Notes: generated by a model from the sequence alone, not told the origin. A stretch of DNA of 64,000 nucleotides from Candidatus Firestoneibacteriota bacterium (GCA_038042445.1 JBBTED010000072.1:6287-70286); one strand, 5' to 3'; shown: positions 42,901 to 52,344, counted from the first letter of the stretch. Numbers and translations: made by a program.

Positions 42901-43096
42901 GGTTCACATTTATACCCACTAATATTCTGATTTTTTCAACTTTTTCAAGTGATTTGTACAACTGATAGAATCCGCTGGTTCTAAAGTATCCGACAAGAAC
43001 ATCAAAGAATTTGGTGTTGTTTGCTAATGTTATTTTAAATCTGTCAAGAAGGGTTTTACCTTTTTCATTAGTAAAAAATGTTAAATCAGTATTCAT
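39923..43096 (-). CDS. PLD-nuclease + SNF2-family helicase fusion
   Basis: HAKVY ... GSSNFS ... NLEFN (PLD); SDVVGLGKT, DEAH, TATP, SEGVNL, QRVGRINR. Confidence 0.92.
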   Translation of the reverse strand: MNTDLTFFTNEKGKTLLDRFKITLANNTKFFDVLVGYFRTSGFYQLYKSLEKVEKIRILVGINVNPETKELIDKAKNEQLTINLSHKEVKDKFSDDTIQEMSESENNKEVELGVLKFIEFIKTGKLEFRAYPSQDIHAKVYIIRKDMAKSEDYGKVITGSSNFSYSGLCGNLEFNVELKNSADVQFALEKFEELWKNSIDISDKYIETVNERTWLNNNITPYEIYLKFLYEYFKDDLSQSEELFYQYVPEEFKKYEYQEQAVLNAKKILLEYGGVFLSDVVGLGKTYMAAMLAHQLDGRTLVIAPPILLESNNPGSWKNVFLDFNKAADYESLGKLDDIIKKGVSKYTNIIIDEAHRFRTESNITYEKLAVICRGKRIILVTATPYNNSPKDILSQIKLFQNTRKSTIPGLPDLERFFASLQKKLENLDRQKDYDEYMKTVRENSKEIREKVLKYLMVRRTRSEIKEYFPKDIEKQGLSFPEVAKPEPIYYQLDENEDKIFSKTIELVVKKMSYVRYMPLLSLKEKISQPEHISQVNMGKLMKILLIKRLESSFFAFKNTINRFIYSYEMVKREYDKGSVYISKKYTSKIFELLENDDDEAIQKLIDEDKAQKIPVDKFEESFYENLKSDLIILKEIQNLWSTIKRDPKLLELTKDLETNKILRESKIILFTESKETAEYISKNLEKKVSGGVLCFTGSSSAIIKDEVIDNFDAKARKKKDDFRILVSTEVLSEGVNLHRSNVVINYDIPWNPTRLMQRVGRINRIDTKHKEIYTFNFFPTKQSNDQIKLEEAAKAKVNAFISMLGSDAKLLTEGEPVESHGLFDKLVSKQTVEGEDNVGESELKYWRVIKDVRDSNAELFKKIKKLPKKARTSRKNNKKAVLTFFKKGKLQKFFIAEKTKESQELDFIASAKIFEATPDVKQQKLNEDYYEMLEKNKKAFEYATIEDMSKTSHRGGRDSATQVLKYLKVIQKASQFTDVQENYVRNLIAQIEEGGLPKQTTKKVLQELNKANTQNFLKILAILQSNIPIEFTQSHYAENSAQTSGPKEIILSEYLN

Positions 43097-43104
43097 ATTT
43101 TTAA

Positions 43105-43138
43105 AATCCCCCTTAATCCCCCTTTTTCAAAGGGGGAA
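43105..43138. repeat. CCCCT/AGGGG-type palindromic repeat
   Basis: aatcccccttaatccccctttttcaaaggggg; similar at 19835, 35317, 56926. Confidence 0.75.
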
Positions 43139-43190
43139 ATACTATTTTACCTACTGAAGCAATTTTAACACTTTGCGTATTATTAGTAAA

Positions 43191-43853
43191 TTAGTAAATA
43201 AATGGGATTAGTTTGTAGGTATGGGCTTTATAATCTGTATATTCCTGACCGAACTTTATTTCTAAGGCGGTTTCTTCTAATTTGATTCTGTATAATATAA
43301 TTATTGTGCTAAATACTACTGCAGAAAGTAATGCCCAAAAACTTGAGAAGGTTAAGGCGGTGCCTATTAGCATTAAAATTATTGCAAGATATCCTGGATG
43401 ACGAATGATTTTATATATACCTTTTTTTATTAACTGCTGTTCATTTTCTACTGTGAGGTCTTTCTGAAAAAATTTGCCGAGTGTTTTTATACTTATATAC
43501 CGTAGAATTATGCAGGATATTATTAAAATTATACCTGTTGTATTTATTAGCCAGAACTTATGTGATATTTCCTGCATACGTGTGTAATCAAATATACTAA
43601 TTGTAATTATTGCGATTGTGACAATATTCAAAATTTTATCAATAAGTAAAACTTTTTTGTCGGTAGTTGGCAAAGAATTATCTGATTTGGTAATTGTTAG
43701 AAATAATCCTTCAGCAATAATCCATGCCAATATTATAATAGTAAAAGAAAATCCAAATATGTCTAACAAAAATTTTAATGGTTGTTTTGGGGTTAGAATC
43801 AATACAAGCATCATAAACCCAAGATTTAAAACGATATTATTTCTTCTGGTCAA
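43191..43853 (-). CDS. Isoprenylcysteine carboxyl methyltransferase family membrane protein
   Basis: GIYKIIRHPGY, RIKLEE, FGQEY..Y, LIPFIY. Confidence 0.88.
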   Translation of the reverse strand: MTRRNNIVLNLGFMMLVLILTPKQPLKFLLDIFGFSFTIIILAWIIAEGLFLTITKSDNSLPTTDKKVLLIDKILNIVTIAIITISIFDYTRMQEISHKFWLINTTGIILIISCIILRYISIKTLGKFFQKDLTVENEQQLIKKGIYKIIRHPGYLAIILMLIGTALTFSSFWALLSAVVFSTIIILYRIKLEETALEIKFGQEYTDYKAHTYKLIPFIY

Positions 43854-45564
43854 TTTCTTCTTTGATTATCTGAATAAATTTCTCAAGAGGCATCTGGCCT
43901 AAATCTTTGGATTTTCTTGCACGAAGTGAAATGACATTATTTTCTATTTCTTTTTTGCCGATTATTATCATATATGGAATTTTTTCAAGTTCTGCAGAAC
44001 GTATTTTAGAACCCATTTTTTCTGAATTTGTATCTATGTCTGCCCTTAAACCTACTTGCGATAATTTATTTTTTAACTCCTTTGCATAATCAATTTGGCT
44101 ATCTGTAATAGGTATAATTCTTGCTTGAATTGGAGAAAGCCATACAGGGAATGAACCAGCCCAATGCTCTATTAATATTCCAAAAAATCTCTCTAAAGAA
44201 CCAAATATTGCTCTGTGAATCATAACAACTCTGTGCTCTTTGCCATCTTCACCTATATAATTAACATCAAATCTTTCCGGCAAATTAAAATCAACCTGAA
44301 TTGTGCTGCACTGCCAAACTCTTCCAATAGAATCTTTTATTTTTATATCTATTTTTGGCCCATAAAATACACCTTCTCCAGGGTCAATAGTATATTTTAA
44401 ATTACATTTTTCAAGGGCAAGCCTTAATGCATCTGTTGCTTTTTGCCAATTCTCATCAGTTCCAACAAATTTTTCAGGTTTTGTGCTTAAAAACACATCA
44501 TAACTTTCAAATCCGAATGTTTTTAATACATACGACACCATATCTATAATTGCAACTAATTCATTTTCTAATTGCTCCTGCCTGCAAAATATATGCGCAT
44601 CATCTTGTGTAAATCCTCTTACTCTGAGCAAGCCATGTAAAACACCTGATTTTTCATATCTATAAACAGTCCCCAATTCTGCAAATCTTATTGATAATTC
44701 CCTGTAGCTTCTAATTTTACTTTTATATATCAAAATATGTCCTGGGCAATTCATTGGCTTTACTATATATTCCTGTTCATCTATTTTTATAGGCGAATAC
44801 ATATTCTCTTTGTAAAATTCCAAATGCCCTGATGTTTTCCATAAATCAATCTTCGCAATATGTGGAATATTAACAAGATCATAACCTCTTTTAAAAAGCT
44901 CTTCTTTGCAGAAATTCTCTATGATATTTCGCACAAATGCGCCTTTTGGATGCCAATAAATCAAACCAGCTCCTGCTTCATCATAATATATAGAATATAA
45001 GTCTAAATCCTTACCCAGTCTTCTGTGGTCTCTTTTTTTAGCTTCTTCACACTTATCCAAGTATTCTTTCAATTCATTTTCAGTTTCAAATGCAGTGCCG
45101 TATATACGTTGAAGCATTGGATTTTTTTCACTGCCACGCCAGTATGCGCCTGCAACTGAAAGAAGTTTAAAAGCTTTGATTTCGCCTGTTGATTCTATAT
45201 GAGGACCTCTGCACAAATCAATAAAATCACCCTGAGTATATATTGTAATTTTGTCGTCCTGCAATTCGTTTAAAAGTTCAACTTTATATTTCTCGCCAAA
45301 TGAATTAAATAATTTTAAAGCTTCATCTTTTTTTGTTTCTTTTTGCACAAATGGATAATTTTGTGCAATTATTTTTTTCATCTCCTCTTCAATCTTAAGT
45401 AAATCTTCATCAGTTAAAGTATTCTTGAGTTCAAAATCATAATAAAACCCATCTTCAATTGCCGGACCTATTCCAAGTTTTGCCTCAGGAAATAAATGTT
45501 TTACCGCCTGTGCCATTATATGCGAAGCACTATGCCTATACATTTCAAGTTTATTATTATCCAT
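43837..45564 (-). CDS. thrS: Threonine--tRNA ligase (short form, no TGS domain)
   Basis: RHSASH, DLCRGPH, GAYWRG, KPMNCPGH, RYEKSG, FYGPKID, HRAIFGSLERF. Confidence 0.97.
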   Translation of the reverse strand: MDNNKLEMYRHSASHIMAQAVKHLFPEAKLGIGPAIEDGFYYDFELKNTLTDEDLLKIEEEMKKIIAQNYPFVQKETKKDEALKLFNSFGEKYKVELLNELQDDKITIYTQGDFIDLCRGPHIESTGEIKAFKLLSVAGAYWRGSEKNPMLQRIYGTAFETENELKEYLDKCEEAKKRDHRRLGKDLDLYSIYYDEAGAGLIYWHPKGAFVRNIIENFCKEELFKRGYDLVNIPHIAKIDLWKTSGHLEFYKENMYSPIKIDEQEYIVKPMNCPGHILIYKSKIRSYRELSIRFAELGTVYRYEKSGVLHGLLRVRGFTQDDAHIFCRQEQLENELVAIIDMVSYVLKTFGFESYDVFLSTKPEKFVGTDENWQKATDALRLALEKCNLKYTIDPGEGVFYGPKIDIKIKDSIGRVWQCSTIQVDFNLPERFDVNYIGEDGKEHRVVMIHRAIFGSLERFFGILIEHWAGSFPVWLSPIQARIIPITDSQIDYAKELKNKLSQVGLRADIDTNSEKMGSKIRSAELEKIPYMIIIGKKEIENNVISLRARKSKDLGQMPLEKFIQIIKEEIDQKK

Positions 45565-45609
45565 ATTGTTTATGATAACATAAACAAGAGATTTTTGCCA
45601 TATTTTTTA

Positions 45610-45654
45610 TTGACATCATAAATATTATAGTATATTAATATATAATATGAGGTG
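45610..45654 (+). promoter_or_regulatory. Sigma70-like promoter and RBS for the TA operon
   Basis: TTGACA at 45610, AT-rich -10 candidates at 45631-45646, GAGGTG RBS. Confidence 0.45.
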
Positions 45655-45660
45655 ATATAA

Positions 45661-45882
45661 ATGGGAAAGCATAATACTTCTGTAGTTTTAGATGAAGTTT
45701 TGTTAAAAAAACTAAAAGTCGTAAGCATTAAAACCGAAAGAACTAAATCATGGTTAATTTCTAAAGCTGTTGAAGGTTTTCTGGAAGAAATTGAAGATTA
45801 TGAGATTGCATATGAAAGATTGCACAATGAAAATGATAAAACAATTTCCTCCAAAGAATTCAGGAAAAACATTGGAATATAA
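45661..45882 (+). CDS. RHH/CopG (RelB-like) antitoxin
   Basis: RTKSWLISKAV..FLEEIEDY; overlaps toxin start. Confidence 0.85.
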   Translation: MGKHNTSVVLDEVLLKKLKVVSIKTERTKSWLISKAVEGFLEEIEDYEIAYERLHNENDKTISSKEFRKNIGI

Positions 45883-46138
45883 AATTGTATATAAAAATAG
45901 TGTAGGAAAAGATATAAGAAGTATTCCGAAAGAAATTATTAGAAAATCCATAGATATTATTGAGAATAAAATAAGTAAAAATCCTTATATTGGCATGCAA
46001 CTCAAAGGCAAGTATAAAGAATTATGGAAATATAGAATTCAAAATTATAGAGTTATATATACGATTGATTCCTTTGATAAAAAAATATTGATACTAAGAA
46101 TAAGACATAGAAAAGAAGTGTATAATAATATCTTTTAA
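45872..46138 (+). CDS. RelE/ParE toxin
   Basis: TTG start; LKG...KYRIQNYRVIY...IRHRKEVY. Confidence 0.88.
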   Translation: MEYKIVYKNSVGKDIRSIPKEIIRKSIDIIENKISKNPYIGMQLKGKYKELWKYRIQNYRVIYTIDSFDKKILILRIRHRKEVYNNIF

Positions 46139-46155
46139 GATAAAATATCAGACAA

Positions 46156-48441
46156 ATGAAAATAATAATTTTAGTGATTTCTCTGGTTACTTTTATCCCT
46201 GCATTTGCACAGGAAACATTGCGTGGAAAAGAACTTTTGGAAATCAACAAATTTGATGCCGTAATAAAACAATTTGCAGAATCTGTTGAAAAAGGTGAAA
46301 CTCAACAGGCAATGAATAATTTTTTACGGATTTTAAAACTTAAGCCAAATAAGGAAATTATACGGAAAATAAGTGAGATTTCCGGAATGAAAAAAATATA
46401 TCCAATTGCATACAGCAAAGACTATGATTGGACCCCTGTATTTTCTCCTGATGGTAGTAAAATAATTTTCCAGGGATGGCAAAAAGATAAAATATCAACA
46501 GGAAATGCAATTTATACAATGAATATAGATGGCAGCAATGAACATCAGATTGTAACTGATAAATATAATAATGCCTCACCTGTATTTTCTCCTGATGGCA
46601 AAAAAGTGCTTTTTGAAAGCTGGAGAAAAGATACTAATCAGGATAGCAAAATAAACTCGCAGGATAGAAGAAATATTTATGTAGTGAATATTGATGGTAA
46701 AAATGAAAAGGAAATAGGTTCACCTGATTTTCAAAATTATGCACCCATATTTTCTCCTGATAGCAAAAAAGTACTCTTTGAAAGCTGGAGAAAAGATTCC
46801 AATCAGGACGGCAAAATAGATTCCTCAGACAACCGCGGCATATATATTGTTAATCTTGAAACAGAAAAGGAACAACAAGTTACAAATGAAGACTTTCCAA
46901 ATTATTCAGCTTTATTCTCACCAGATAGCGAAAAAATTGCATTTTTAAGTATACATACTGACAGTAATAAAGATGAAAAACTTACAACCAATGATAACAA
47001 GGGAATATATATTTTTTATTTAAAAAATTCTAAAGTTGCAGAGCTTATAGATAATAGAACAGATAATTCAATTTCTGCTTTTTCTCCTGATAGTAAAAAT
47101 ATTGCATTTTTTAGCAGGCAAAAAGACACAAATAAAGATGGAGAAATAAATTCTTCTGATAATAGAGGAATCTATCTTATAGATATAAATTCAAAAAAAC
47201 TTCAAAAAATTGTAAATGACGATTATGACAATGAATTTTTGTCTTTTTCCCCTGCTGGAGAAAAAATTGCATATACAAGTTATAGAAGTGATACAAATGG
47301 TGATGGTAAAACTGATACACTTGATAATCGCGGCATTTATGTAGTTACTACAAAAAATGAAGCTCAGAAAGATGAGATAAATGTTGTAGGCAACAAATAC
47401 GACAATGAATTTCTTGCATTTTATCCTGATGGCAAAAAAGTTATTTTTGAAAGCTGGAGAAAAGATACAAATGGAGACGGAACCATAGATGTTTTGGACA
47501 TATCAACTATTTTTATTGTAGATATATTAGGTGCCCCAAGTGTAAAAATGGAAACTGCAATTCAATCTAACGGCTCCTGCACAAGAGTTATAGAAATAGT
47601 TATTGACCCACTTTTCAAAGACACCACTTTGGATCAGCAAAGTTTTCTTGCAGAAAAAAACTGGAAAACAGAATTTATAAAAGCAGGAGAACACCACTTT
47701 AAAGCAATGGGTAAATTTGAAAATGTGAATGAAATTTCAAAACAAGATTATCCAGTAACTTTTATCAAAAAAAGGGGGTTTTTCAAAACAACCTGTGAAT
47801 TTAAAGAAGTATTTACAAATAACGGATTGCGCAAAGCATCTTCTGATAACCCATTTATAAATTTAAGCAAGGAAATGTCAAAAGTTATGACAAGACCTTT
47901 AATAATTCTTTATAAAGTTACAGTGCCCGGCAAACTAATTGAAACTAATGCACAGCAAATTAAAGGAAATAATTTTATCTGGACATTTTCTGTTTCTGAT
48001 TTACTCAAGTCTACAAAAGATTATGAACTATTTGTACGTTGGGAAGTTACAAATTGGGGACTAATAATTATAGTATCCTTATTATTGCTTTCAGGAATTG
48101 GAGGAATAAGCTACAGATTCTCTGTGATTGCTGCTTCTACTAAACAAAAACAGGAATTACAGGCAAAAGAATATTCAGAAGCTCATAATTATCTTGGAGT
48201 AGCTTTCAAGCATAAAAATATGTTTGATGAAGCAATAAAAGAATTCACTCGGGCAATAGAATTTAAGCCAGACTCTGCAATTATACATTATAATCTTGCA
48301 GGCACTTATGCACTAAAAGAAGATACTAAAAATGCACTTATACATTTAAAAACTGCAATCAAATTAAATCCTGAATTAGAAGAATTAGCAAAAACAGAAA
48401 TGGATTTGGAATATTTAAGAAAATCCGGAATATCGCAATAG
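46156..48441 (+). CDS. Exported PD40/TolB-like beta-propeller protein with second extracytoplasmic domain, TM anchor and C-terminal TPRs
   Basis: Signal peptide; repeated FSPDGKK; DTNxDGxIDxxD loops; WGLIIIVSLLLL TM; AHNYLG/HYNLA TPRs. Confidence 0.8.
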   Translation: MKIIILVISLVTFIPAFAQETLRGKELLEINKFDAVIKQFAESVEKGETQQAMNNFLRILKLKPNKEIIRKISEISGMKKIYPIAYSKDYDWTPVFSPDGSKIIFQGWQKDKISTGNAIYTMNIDGSNEHQIVTDKYNNASPVFSPDGKKVLFESWRKDTNQDSKINSQDRRNIYVVNIDGKNEKEIGSPDFQNYAPIFSPDSKKVLFESWRKDSNQDGKIDSSDNRGIYIVNLETEKEQQVTNEDFPNYSALFSPDSEKIAFLSIHTDSNKDEKLTTNDNKGIYIFYLKNSKVAELIDNRTDNSISAFSPDSKNIAFFSRQKDTNKDGEINSSDNRGIYLIDINSKKLQKIVNDDYDNEFLSFSPAGEKIAYTSYRSDTNGDGKTDTLDNRGIYVVTTKNEAQKDEINVVGNKYDNEFLAFYPDGKKVIFESWRKDTNGDGTIDVLDISTIFIVDILGAPSVKMETAIQSNGSCTRVIEIVIDPLFKDTTLDQQSFLAEKNWKTEFIKAGEHHFKAMGKFENVNEISKQDYPVTFIKKRGFFKTTCEFKEVFTNNGLRKASSDNPFINLSKEMSKVMTRPLIILYKVTVPGKLIETNAQQIKGNNFIWTFSVSDLLKSTKDYELFVRWEVTNWGLIIIVSLLLLSGIGGISYRFSVIAASTKQKQELQAKEYSEAHNYLGVAFKHKNMFDEAIKEFTRAIEFKPDSAIIHYNLAGTYALKEDTKNALIHLKTAIKLNPELEELAKTEMDLEYLRKSGISQ

Positions 48442-48489
48442 ATTAAATTATATGTCACTCCTGAAATAAATTCAGCATGACAATTGGTT

Positions 48490-49086
48490 TCATTTAATTG
48501 TTTTTTCTATTTTATACCTATTCATTACAACCTGCAATTTTTCAAGACTGGATTGTAAATCTTTAATCAAACTAAGCACTCTGTCTTTTTTCATTTTATC
48601 AGCAGAAATTTCACGAAATAATTCATCAGCTGTAGAAATTGTGGTATTAACAAGATTTATTTCTTCGCTTACCATATTGGAAAGATTTTTTTTGGCATTA
48701 TTTAAAATTTTAATCAGCTTAACAAGTTCATCTCCTTTTATTAATTCTGTTGTCAATGTAAAATCCCCTAACGCAAAAGCAGACAAACTTTTTTCAAGTT
48801 TATATTCAGGACCAGCTATTTTGTGTAATATCACCAAACTAACCAAAGCCACAAATACAAACATAACAGGTAATAATACTGTGAGAAAACTATTTACTTC
48901 AGAAAACAACATCGTTGAAGTAAGTGTATGCTCCCCAACATCCGGCAACTGATAACTTAAACCTGCTTTAACAGTATAATATATGCCTCCGCCTATAACT
49001 GCTGATACAAAAGCCACTATAAAAAGAACCATAAGCATATACTTTATTTGAAACCAATTCCCTAATACCTGCTTTATAATTTTCAT
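48490..49086 (-). CDS. Two-TM HAMP-like/coiled-coil membrane protein
   Basis: FQIKY, HKIAGP, GDFT..L.KGDEL. Confidence 0.7.
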   Translation of the reverse strand: MKIIKQVLGNWFQIKYMLMVLFIVAFVSAVIGGGIYYTVKAGLSYQLPDVGEHTLTSTMLFSEVNSFLTVLLPVMFVFVALVSLVILHKIAGPEYKLEKSLSAFALGDFTLTTELIKGDELVKLIKILNNAKKNLSNMVSEEINLVNTTISTADELFREISADKMKKDRVLSLIKDLQSSLEKLQVVMNRYKIEKTIK

Positions 49087-49089
49087 ATA

Positions 49090-49770
49090 TTATTCACCCT
49101 CACCTTTTTTCTCTTTTTTCCATTCATCTATAGGTTTTTGCTCCTTTGTTTTTCCAAGATTTTTTACTAAAAATACTACTCTGCGATTTTGCGATCTACC
49201 CTCTATTGTATCATTTGGAACCGCTGGTCTGTATTCTCCATAACCTATTGCAGATATATGAGCCGGCGGAAATTTCTTTTCTTCAATTAAATATCTTACA
49301 ACACTTGTAGCCCTTGCAGTTGAAAGTTCCCAATTAGATTTAAATTCTGTTGTAGATATAGGTATATTATCTGTATGGCCTTCCACAACTATTTCATTTT
49401 CAACTTTAGCTAAAACACCGTATATTTTATCCAGCACTTCTTTTGCCTCCTGCCTGATTTGGGCTTTTCCACTTTCAAATAATGCCTTTTCACCTTTTTC
49501 AAGAAAAGTTATTTTTAAACCTTCTTCTGTAATTTCCTGCTTAACATCACCACTAAGTTTTTCTTCGTCAATTACTTTTCCCATTTCACCTTGTACATCT
49601 TTAACCTGTTTCTGGCCTATAACAGCAGTTAAGCTGAATAAAATTATAAAAAAACAGCATAGTTCAGTCATTAAATCTGCATAATTTACAAGCCACGGCG
49701 GAGCAGGATGCCCAATTTGTGCAACACGTGGGTCACTTATATCAATTAAATTTTTACTTTTACGATTCAT
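49090..49770 (-). CDS. motB: Stator protein MotB
   Basis: WLVNYADLMT (conserved Asp), EGHTDNIP, SNWELSTARA, NRRV. Confidence 0.9.
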   Translation of the reverse strand: MNRKSKNLIDISDPRVAQIGHPAPPWLVNYADLMTELCCFFIILFSLTAVIGQKQVKDVQGEMGKVIDEEKLSGDVKQEITEEGLKITFLEKGEKALFESGKAQIRQEAKEVLDKIYGVLAKVENEIVVEGHTDNIPISTTEFKSNWELSTARATSVVRYLIEEKKFPPAHISAIGYGEYRPAVPNDTIEGRSQNRRVVFLVKNLGKTKEQKPIDEWKKEKKGEGE

Positions 49771-49822
49771 AATTCACTTTTTAAAACAATGGTTTAAGTA
49801 GTAAACATAAACCATAAATTCA

Positions 49823-50644
49823 TTAAGCAGTTGGACTTGAAGATGGGGCTTCAGAACTACCTGTTCCTTTTTTTGCTCCCAGCTTTGTTCTTTCCGCTGG
49901 CTCAAGATATGCTTTTAAATTACTTTCAATTACTGAAGGACTTGCACCTGACTGAAGTAACAACACACCACGAATTATGATTTCTTTAATAAATAGTTCT
50001 TCTTCAGAACGTCTTCCTAATTTTCCAGCCATTGGTAAAAAAAGAAGATACCCAGCGCCTAATCCATAAAATGCAGCAACTAATGCAATTGCCATCATTC
50101 CTGAAACTTTACTGGGGTCAGAAAGAGTTCGCAACATTAGAATCATACCAAGCACTGTTCCTATAATTCCAAATGCAGGAGAATATGTTCCAAGAGCTGT
50201 AAACATTTCTCTACCCACTCTATGCCGTTCACTAATAAATCCGAGTTCAGTTTCAAGCATTGTCCTGATAAATTCCTGGTCAGATCCATCTATAACAAGC
50301 TGGATTCCTCTTTTCAAAAAATCATTTTTTAAGGTTTTAATATCTTCTTCAAGAGATAAAAATCCTTCTGTTCTGGATTTGTGTGAAAACTTTACAAAAG
50401 TAGTTATTATTTCAGATGTATCTTCTTCTTCTGCTCTCAATACTTTTTTTAATACTTTTATTACACCTATAACCCGCGATAAAGGAAAATTCACCAAAAG
50501 AGCTGCAAATGTTCCACCAAATACCAGTAAAAATGCTGGTAAATCCCAAAATGCTTTAACCCCTTCAATACCTTCAGTGGATATAACTGCAAAAGCCATA
50601 AGAGCTATACCAAATATAATTCCACCTATTGTTGTAATATCCAT
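49823..50644 (-). CDS. motA: Stator protein MotA
   Basis: MDITTIGG, LVFGGT, EGFLSLE, SPAFGIIGTVLG. Confidence 0.9.
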   Translation of the reverse strand: MDITTIGGIIFGIALMAFAVISTEGIEGVKAFWDLPAFLLVFGGTFAALLVNFPLSRVIGVIKVLKKVLRAEEEDTSEIITTFVKFSHKSRTEGFLSLEEDIKTLKNDFLKRGIQLVIDGSDQEFIRTMLETELGFISERHRVGREMFTALGTYSPAFGIIGTVLGMILMLRTLSDPSKVSGMMAIALVAAFYGLGAGYLLFLPMAGKLGRRSEEELFIKEIIIRGVLLLQSGASPSVIESNLKAYLEPAERTKLGAKKGTGSSEAPSSSPTA

Positions 50645-50694
50645 ATATTAAGCCCTCCTTACAAATAAATACTTTTGAGATCCTTCGCTATCGC

Positions 50695-50901
50695 TCAGGA
50701 TGACCCTTTGGGCCATTTTGAATTATTGATTTCCTGTCTATATGAAATAACTTTTTCTCGTATCTCATCCAATGAATCTTTAACAATTATTTTATTTCCC
50801 GTATTTAGTGAAATAACTGTATTATGATGTGCATCAACACTTTCAATCAATTCAGGATTAACCAACATCTCCAACCCATTAATCCTTTTGACTTTTATCA
50901 T
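50695..50901 (-). CDS. flbD: FlbD family protein
   Basis: MIKVKRING..LVNPELIE....TVISL.TG.KIIV; upstream of motA. Confidence 0.85.
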   Translation of the reverse strand: MIKVKRINGLEMLVNPELIESVDAHHNTVISLNTGNKIIVKDSLDEIREKVISYRQEINNSKWPKGSS

Positions 50902-50992
50902 ATCACCAATTTAACAATTTTTATGCCTTTTTGCAATATATAGTTCTTTTTAAAATTCATATCCTCTGTTTGTTAAAATTGTTTTTAAGCTT

Positions 50993-52330
50993 TTATATAA
51001 ATAATTCTTCTACTTTATCCGTTGCATAATAATGAATGTTCCTTCCCACCTTTTGAGAACTAACAAATCCAAGATGTTTTAATCCTTTTAAATCATTTAT
51101 AGCGGTTTTTTTTGAAATCTGGTAAATCCTTATATGCATCTTAGGATTTGTATATTCTTCTTTATTTTTGTAATAATATTGCAATAGCTGTATTTGCCTA
51201 TCATTCAAATGATATGTTTTCTTAGCCAAACTATTCATTCGTTTATTTTCAATAGCTTTTTTCTTGAGATACAACTGAAAATCCTTAATAGCTAATTTTA
51301 TCTTCCTTATGTGATAATCTATAAAATATGTTAAATCTAACTCGTCTTGTTCGCTATAAATATAGGCTTTTTTGTACTGAGATGGAGAACGCTTTATTAT
51401 TGTAGATATCGGCAAATAAGCAAAAGCCCAATATCCTTTTCTTAAAAGATACCAATAAAATAATAATCTGGCTAGTCTTCCGTTGCCGTTAGTAAATGGA
51501 TGCAAATAACCAATCCAAAAATGAATCTTGATAGCCTTTAAAACAGGGTGAACAAAATCCCCAACCTCCATTTTATCATTCGCAAACTCGATAAGCCTAT
51601 TTATTTCATTTTCTACAAATGCTATTTTGGGAGGAATATGATAAACAAATTTTTCATCGGAAACTACAATATCGTCTTTATCAATTCTGAATATTCCTTG
51701 TTCTTCTTTTGGAGCGGTATTTTTAACAATCATAGAGTGAAGATCAAAAAGCATATTGCGATCTAATTCTCTCTTTTTATATTCCTGCTCTATCGCTACC
51801 ATAGCATTATAATTATTCAAAATCATATGTTCAGCTTCAATCCTAGGTTTTCTCCCTTCTCGCAAAAACTGTTTTGCTAACTGACGTGTGGTATTTGCTC
51901 CTTCCAACTGCGAAGAAGCAATTGCTTCTTCAACTACACCTCTAGAAATAAATTTGAATTTGTTTTTTTCGTCTATATCTTTAACAGGAGCAAAAAGACT
52001 TCCTCCTGCATTCAAATCAATTTCATGAAAAAATTCATCTAATGTTGATAAATTAAATCGGACAAAGAAATTACCTTTCTCATTCTTAATAACGCTTTTT
52101 TTTGACTGCATCTTCCTCGCCCATTTAATTGCTGCCCAAAGTTCTTCGTGAGTATATTCCTTGGTTATATTTTTTTTATATTTAAATTTATCCCAATAAA
52201 TATAATACGGCTGTGAGGTCTGTTGTATTAATGGATCAATGATGTTTTTTTCAAAAACAATTTTTAAAATGATTTTTTTTGTATCAACTTTTGAACAATC
52301 TGGTATTTCTAATTTAAAAAACTCTACCAT
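50993..52330 (-). CDS. Fic family protein with C-terminal HTH
   Basis: SSQLEG, HPFTNGNGRLAR, TAINDL. Confidence 0.92.
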   Translation of the reverse strand: MVEFFKLEIPDCSKVDTKKIILKIVFEKNIIDPLIQQTSQPYYIYWDKFKYKKNITKEYTHEELWAAIKWARKMQSKKSVIKNEKGNFFVRFNLSTLDEFFHEIDLNAGGSLFAPVKDIDEKNKFKFISRGVVEEAIASSQLEGANTTRQLAKQFLREGRKPRIEAEHMILNNYNAMVAIEQEYKKRELDRNMLFDLHSMIVKNTAPKEEQGIFRIDKDDIVVSDEKFVYHIPPKIAFVENEINRLIEFANDKMEVGDFVHPVLKAIKIHFWIGYLHPFTNGNGRLARLLFYWYLLRKGYWAFAYLPISTIIKRSPSQYKKAYIYSEQDELDLTYFIDYHIRKIKLAIKDFQLYLKKKAIENKRMNSLAKKTYHLNDRQIQLLQYYYKNKEEYTNPKMHIRIYQISKKTAINDLKGLKHLGFVSSQKVGRNIHYYATDKVEELFI

Positions 52331-52344
52331 ATATTTAAAAGATT

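Noticed and set aside
49090..50644. MotA/MotB as Zorya ZorA/ZorB
   Set aside because: MotA is normal length with no ZorA tail, flbD is adjacent, and zorC/D/E are absent
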